Positions 59,516-64,000 of a stretch of 64,000 nt of DNA are shown in pieces. The notes under the pieces were generated by a model. It was not told where the DNA came from. It did not search any database and worked only from the letters and a program-made list of their open reading frames with translations. This DNA comes from Candidatus Cloacimonadales bacterium (GTDB lineage: Bacteria; Cloacimonadota; Cloacimonadia; Cloacimonadales; JAFGVF01). Position 1 is the stretch's first letter; every line of letters begins with the position of its first letter. The position numbers and the translations under genes were made by a program. The stretch spans positions 1,184,001 to 1,248,000 of the forward strand of contig CAXXOU010000004.1 of assembly GCA_963677495.2 (NCBI GenBank), written 5' to 3'.

Positions 59516-62132
59516 GAAACCTGCAAAACTAACTCCTATGATGGAGCAGTACTGGAAGTTTAAGGAGCAACATACTGATAAACTTTTACTATTTAGAATG
59601 GGAGACTTTTTTGAAACTTTCTTTGATGATGCAAAGCTTACTTCTAAGATTTTAGGCATCACTCTCACGGCCAGGAATAAGAAAGATGATGACCCGATCG
59701 CACTTGCTGGTTTTCCACATCATGCTCTTGATAATTACCTTGATAAGTTAGTACGTTCCGGTCTTAAAGTAGCTATATGTGAGCAAGTTGAAGATCCCAA
59801 ACAAGCTGTTGGTGTAGTGAAAAGAGATATAGTTAGAATCATTACACCAGGCGCAATACTAGATCAACAGTTACTAGGTTCAAATGCTAACAACTATCTT
59901 GGTGCTGTTTATCGGTCTAAATCCAGGATTGGCTTAGCTATGCTTGATATTTCGACCGGTGATTTCCTTTTTACCGAGTTAAAATTGGAGCAGCTTACGA
60001 ACGAACTGCAAAGATTAGCACCATCTGAGATACTGGTTGTTAATGAAGCTGATAAGTTAATGCTAGAGGATTTAAAGCTGGAATCATCTCCACCTGTAAC
60101 AATTACTGATTCATGGCAATATGACCCTAATGAACTAAAGAAAAGCATAAAGTCACACTTTCATACTAATACTTTAGAGAGTCTTGGGGCTCAGAAGAAG
60201 ACTGTTGGCATTGTTGCTGCAGGAATTACTTTGGCATACGCAAAAGATATGCAACGTGATGAGCTTAAGCATATAACTGAGATACATTACTATTCTATAA
60301 GTAACTACATGCAACTTGATGAGGTTACAAGACGCAATCTTGAATTGCTTCGTTCGATGAGATACGGGGATAAACATGGAAGTCTGATATCTATTCTAGA
60401 TGAGACAAAGACACCCATGGGTTCCAGATTGCTGCAAAACTGGTTGATGCATCCTCTATTATCAGTTGAAGAGATTGACCAACGGTTAAATGCAGTACAG
60501 AACTTCATTCAAAAGATAACTTTCACATCTGATTTGCGTCAGTTACTCGATAGTATAGGTGACCTAAGCAGGTTACTGAGTAAACTTGGTGCCGGAAGAA
60601 TTAATCCTCGAGAGATTAATGCATTAGCTGTTTTCCTTGAGCAATCTACCCAGATTAGAGTTCTGCTTGAAAGTTATGATGCACCTACAATTACAATGCT
60701 CAGAGATTCGATTCTTGAATATGAACCCATAATCAAGAGCATCAGAGAAACAATTGTATCGAACCCACCTGTTCTTATTACAGAAGGGAACATAATCAAT
60801 GATGGTATTCATCAAGAACTAGATGAACTCAGGTCAATAAGTAGAGATGGCAAGTCATGGATTGCAAGGCTGGAAGATGAAGAGAAGCAAAAGACAAGTA
60901 TACCTTCGCTGAAGGTTGGCTATAATAAAGTATTTGGGTATTACTTAGAAGTAACTAAAACTCATAAGGATAAAGTGCCTGATTACTATATAAGAAAGCA
61001 AACATTAGTTAATTCAGAACGTTACATCTCCCCTAGGCTCAAAGAGTTTGAAGCTAAGGTCTTGAGTGCTGAAGAGAAGAGTAAAGCACTAGAACATGAA
61101 CTGTATCTGGATCTTCGTAATGGACTCGCAGAGCAGATTGAGTTAATGCAGCAGTTTGTACAGATAGTTGCAACACTCGATGTAATGTCTAACTTTGCCT
61201 TTATTGCTTATTCTAATAGATACTCCAGACCATCTTTTAATGATGAAGGTTTACTTGAACTAGAAGATTCTCGACATCCAGTAATAGAGAAGCTTCTTGA
61301 AGACGAGCAATATATACCAAATGATGTGAACCTTGATAGTGAAGACAACCTAATCGCAATACTTACCGGCCCTAATATGGCTGGTAAGTCAACCTATTTA
61401 AGGCAGATTGGTTTAATCGCAATAATGGCTCAGATTGGTTGTTATGTCCCGGCAGAAAAGGCTAATTTGCCCATATTCGATAGGGTTTTCACAAGAGTGG
61501 GTGCTTCTGATAATCTCGCAATGGGACAATCAACATTTTTAGTTGAGATGATAGAAACTGCAAACATCTTAAATTCAGCTACTTCTGCGTCATTGATCCT
61601 ACTTGATGAGATTGGAAGAGGAACTTCTACGTTTGATGGCTTAAGTCTTGCATGGGCAATTGTAGAGTATGTATTGAAGTTCAAAGAAGCAAAGACTCTT
61701 TTTGCGACACATTATCATGAGTTGACAGAGATGGAACAGGTGTATAATCGTGTGAAGAACTACAACATAGCAGTTCGAGAATGGAATGATAAGATGATTT
61801 TCATTCGTAAGATTGAGCGTGGCGGAGCTGATCAAAGTTATGGTATTCAAGTTGCCAGACTTGCAGGTCTACCTAGTAAGGTAATCAATAGAGCAAAACA
61901 GATATTAAAGAACCTGGAAAGTCAGGAGTTAAGTCCACAAGGCCTAACACAAAAACTTAAGAAACAACTGCATCAGAGTTCAGAACAGATAGACATATTT
62001 GAATATATGGCAGAGATAAATGAGAACAATGATGGAGTACTAGAAGAGATTAAAGAGCTTGACCTTAATATTATATCTCCTATTGAGGCATGGAAAATAC
62101 TGAAAGATATACAAGAAAAGATTGAGAGGTAA
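59508..62132 (+). CDS. mutS: DNA mismatch repair protein MutS
   Basis: TPMMEQY, FRMGDFFE, TGPNMAGKST, DEIGRGTST, ATHYHEL, SYGIQVA. Confidence 0.97.
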   Translation: MSKKPAKLTPMMEQYWKFKEQHTDKLLLFRMGDFFETFFDDAKLTSKILGITLTARNKKDDDPIALAGFPHHALDNYLDKLVRSGLKVAICEQVEDPKQAVGVVKRDIVRIITPGAILDQQLLGSNANNYLGAVYRSKSRIGLAMLDISTGDFLFTELKLEQLTNELQRLAPSEILVVNEADKLMLEDLKLESSPPVTITDSWQYDPNELKKSIKSHFHTNTLESLGAQKKTVGIVAAGITLAYAKDMQRDELKHITEIHYYSISNYMQLDEVTRRNLELLRSMRYGDKHGSLISILDETKTPMGSRLLQNWLMHPLLSVEEIDQRLNAVQNFIQKITFTSDLRQLLDSIGDLSRLLSKLGAGRINPREINALAVFLEQSTQIRVLLESYDAPTITMLRDSILEYEPIIKSIRETIVSNPPVLITEGNIINDGIHQELDELRSISRDGKSWIARLEDEEKQKTSIPSLKVGYNKVFGYYLEVTKTHKDKVPDYYIRKQTLVNSERYISPRLKEFEAKVLSAEEKSKALEHELYLDLRNGLAEQIELMQQFVQIVATLDVMSNFAFIAYSNRYSRPSFNDEGLLELEDSRHPVIEKLLEDEQYIPNDVNLDSEDNLIAILTGPNMAGKSTYLRQIGLIAIMAQIGCYVPAEKANLPIFDRVFTRVGASDNLAMGQSTFLVEMIETANILNSATSASLILLDEIGRGTSTFDGLSLAWAIVEYVLKFKEAKTLFATHYHELTEMEQVYNRVKNYNIAVREWNDKMIFIRKIERGGADQSYGIQVARLAGLPSKVINRAKQILKNLESQELSPQGLTQKLKKQLHQSSEQIDIFEYMAEINENNDGVLEEIKELDLNIISPIEAWKILKDIQEKIER

Positions 62133-63919
62133 TGATGAAGTTATCCAAATTAACCCTATTATGTTTAGTATCAATAGTACTACTTACCGGATGTAGTTCG
62201 AGTTTTATGCAGACAGTTGTGGGTACTAATGATACTAAAACACGTAGTGATTATGCAGGAAAAGTGAACGATCACACTATTACAGAAGATGAGTTTATTC
62301 GCTCTTATATGGGGCACTATGAAGGCTATTCTTTGAGAATAAACCGCAAACCATCTGACGAAGAGAAGAGAAGAATTTATCTGGAGACATGGGACGATAT
62401 AGTTAAGCATTTTGTACTTGTCGATCTCTTCCAGAAGTACAATATTACAACAACCATGCCTGAAGTACTGGATACACTTCTAATTAATGTTCCAAGAACA
62501 ATGAAAAATTCTCCTCTATTTAATGAAGGTGAGGAATTTAACTATGTTCTTTATGAAAAGTGTCTCCGTGAGAGCGATCCAATCGATCTCACATGGCTTA
62601 AAATGGATTACCTTAAGTATAAGATTCCTCTTCAAAAACTGAAGCAACTTTCATATAGTGCAAAAGATATGACCACTGAAGAACTTGAAGATGTTTATAA
62701 GTACTACTATTCTGAAGTTGATGCCAAAGTTATCTACCTCGATCCCCGAGATACTAGGACTGTTGTGATAAATGCAGAGATTGATGATTATTATAATAAG
62801 AATATTCGTAAGTATTATATCCCTGCAAGTTGTAATATCACTTACATGAAGTTCCCTGTTTTGCCAACAGATGAGGATAAAGAAAATGCACGTTTCGTAG
62901 CTGATTCTCTTTTCACTGAACTTAATAATGGTGCAGTATTTGGACATTTAGCAGCTAAGTATTCAATGCATAATTCCAAGAAACGCGATGGTTCACTTGG
63001 ATTTGTTAAACTTGCAGAACTACCTACAAATGTTTCTAGAGCTATAAAAAGAACCCCCATCACTAGCTTCACTAAACCAATTTTAAATGATGGTGAATGG
63101 AGTATTTATCAGGTTGAAGATAAGACTAAGACAATGGTTAAGCTTCGATTAATCAGAATCGAACCTGTTGCAGGTGAAAAGGCTTATGCTTTGATTGATG
63201 AGAAAATGAAGAATGTTACACAACTCTCTAAGACTATCGGCTTAGCTGAAGCAGCTCAGGAATATGATATGACTGTTAAAACAGCAACAGATTTAACTGA
63301 GGACAATGATGTCATTCCTAATTTAGGTAAGAGCACAACTTTAGTAAAAGAGATGATAAGAAAGCCATCAGGTACTGTTCTCGAACCAATCAAGCATCAC
63401 AACGAAAAGGCTTTTATACTAATCGAAGTGACTGAAGCTAAAGCAAGCAGCTATGTTCCTGTTGAAACAGTTAGACAGGAAATTGAAGCTTCTCTATTAG
63501 AGGAAAAGAAAGTCAAGATGACCGTTGAGTATGCTAAGAGATTGATTTCATCTGCCAAAGGTGACAAACTGATCGAAACAGCTATAAAAGCAGGCTATGA
63601 AGTTATTGATATCCCTAAACTTACTTTTGAAAGCACTGTTCATAGCATTGATAGTAGAGATTTGATTGATGATATTATCAATCTTAAAGCTGCTAAATCA
63701 ACTACTCAGCCTGTTGTACTGGAAGATGGTGTTTATGTTGGTTATGCAAGAAGTATCAAGCGTCCTAATAAGAAGAACATGCATGTGGTTAAACGTGAGT
63801 TGTTTCAAAAGTTATCTAAAGAGGAGAGCGACAAATTCTTTGAATCCTGGTTAACAAAGAAGATTAGTAATGCTAAAGTCGTAAAATGGTATGACGATCC
63901 TGCTTTTAATCCTGAATAA
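62132..63919 (+). CDS. SurA/PpiD-like parvulin chaperone, lipoprotein
   Basis: LTGC lipobox, KVNDHTITEDEF, FGHLAAKYS..DGSLGFV. Confidence 0.75.
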   Translation: MMKLSKLTLLCLVSIVLLTGCSSSFMQTVVGTNDTKTRSDYAGKVNDHTITEDEFIRSYMGHYEGYSLRINRKPSDEEKRRIYLETWDDIVKHFVLVDLFQKYNITTTMPEVLDTLLINVPRTMKNSPLFNEGEEFNYVLYEKCLRESDPIDLTWLKMDYLKYKIPLQKLKQLSYSAKDMTTEELEDVYKYYYSEVDAKVIYLDPRDTRTVVINAEIDDYYNKNIRKYYIPASCNITYMKFPVLPTDEDKENARFVADSLFTELNNGAVFGHLAAKYSMHNSKKRDGSLGFVKLAELPTNVSRAIKRTPITSFTKPILNDGEWSIYQVEDKTKTMVKLRLIRIEPVAGEKAYALIDEKMKNVTQLSKTIGLAEAAQEYDMTVKTATDLTEDNDVIPNLGKSTTLVKEMIRKPSGTVLEPIKHHNEKAFILIEVTEAKASSYVPVETVRQEIEASLLEEKKVKMTVEYAKRLISSAKGDKLIETAIKAGYEVIDIPKLTFESTVHSIDSRDLIDDIINLKAAKSTTQPVVLEDGVYVGYARSIKRPNKKNMHVVKRELFQKLSKEESDKFFESWLTKKISNAKVVKWYDDPAFNPE

Positions 63920-63940
63920 AATTAAGAATATACTAGTTTT

Positions 63941-63970
63941 TAAAGCCTGACGCATTTGCTCAGGCTTTTA
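63941..63970 (+). terminator. Probable intrinsic terminator
   Basis: AAAGCCTGA-loop-TCAGGCTTTT. Confidence 0.75.
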
Positions 63971-64000
63971 ATTTTCCAATGCTCTTCTGGAATGGCATTT

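Noticed and set aside
2635..63854. Numerous 60-150 aa antisense or alternate-frame ORFs inside long genes
   Set aside because: Shadow ORFs of well-supported genes, with no motifs or RBS.

Overview
AT-rich chromosomal window from a diderm, probably anaerobic bacterium. FlgD-Ig/T9SS-like C-terminal tails together with fhs, ptb and LPS genes suggest Candidatus Cloacimonadota or a related FCB lineage (inference). Most genes are housekeeping or envelope genes: lptC-kdsC-kdsA, glyA-rpiB, ptb, natAB-like ABC, MATE, ptsN-antiporter-PII, fhs, rsmA, lpxH, M3 peptidase, tamB-like, lolCD, radA, nusB, manA, corA, rho, U32, mutS. There are two radical SAM genes and one apparently intact IS3-family element (53819-55175, 3-bp TSD, A9G frameshift site). 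The most unusual signal is non-coding. The large intergenic regions carry several families of dispersed structured repeats: (A) a REPIN-like 136-bp element made of two covarying hairpins, in a 3x168-bp tandem array plus dispersed copies; (B, C, D) unrelated inverted elements whose arms are pentamers at exact 11-bp spacing (CACTG/CAGTG, CTTGG/CCAAG, YYCTT/CAAGG); and small hairpin modules shuffled between loci. No rRNA, tRNA or CRISPR array was recognised.
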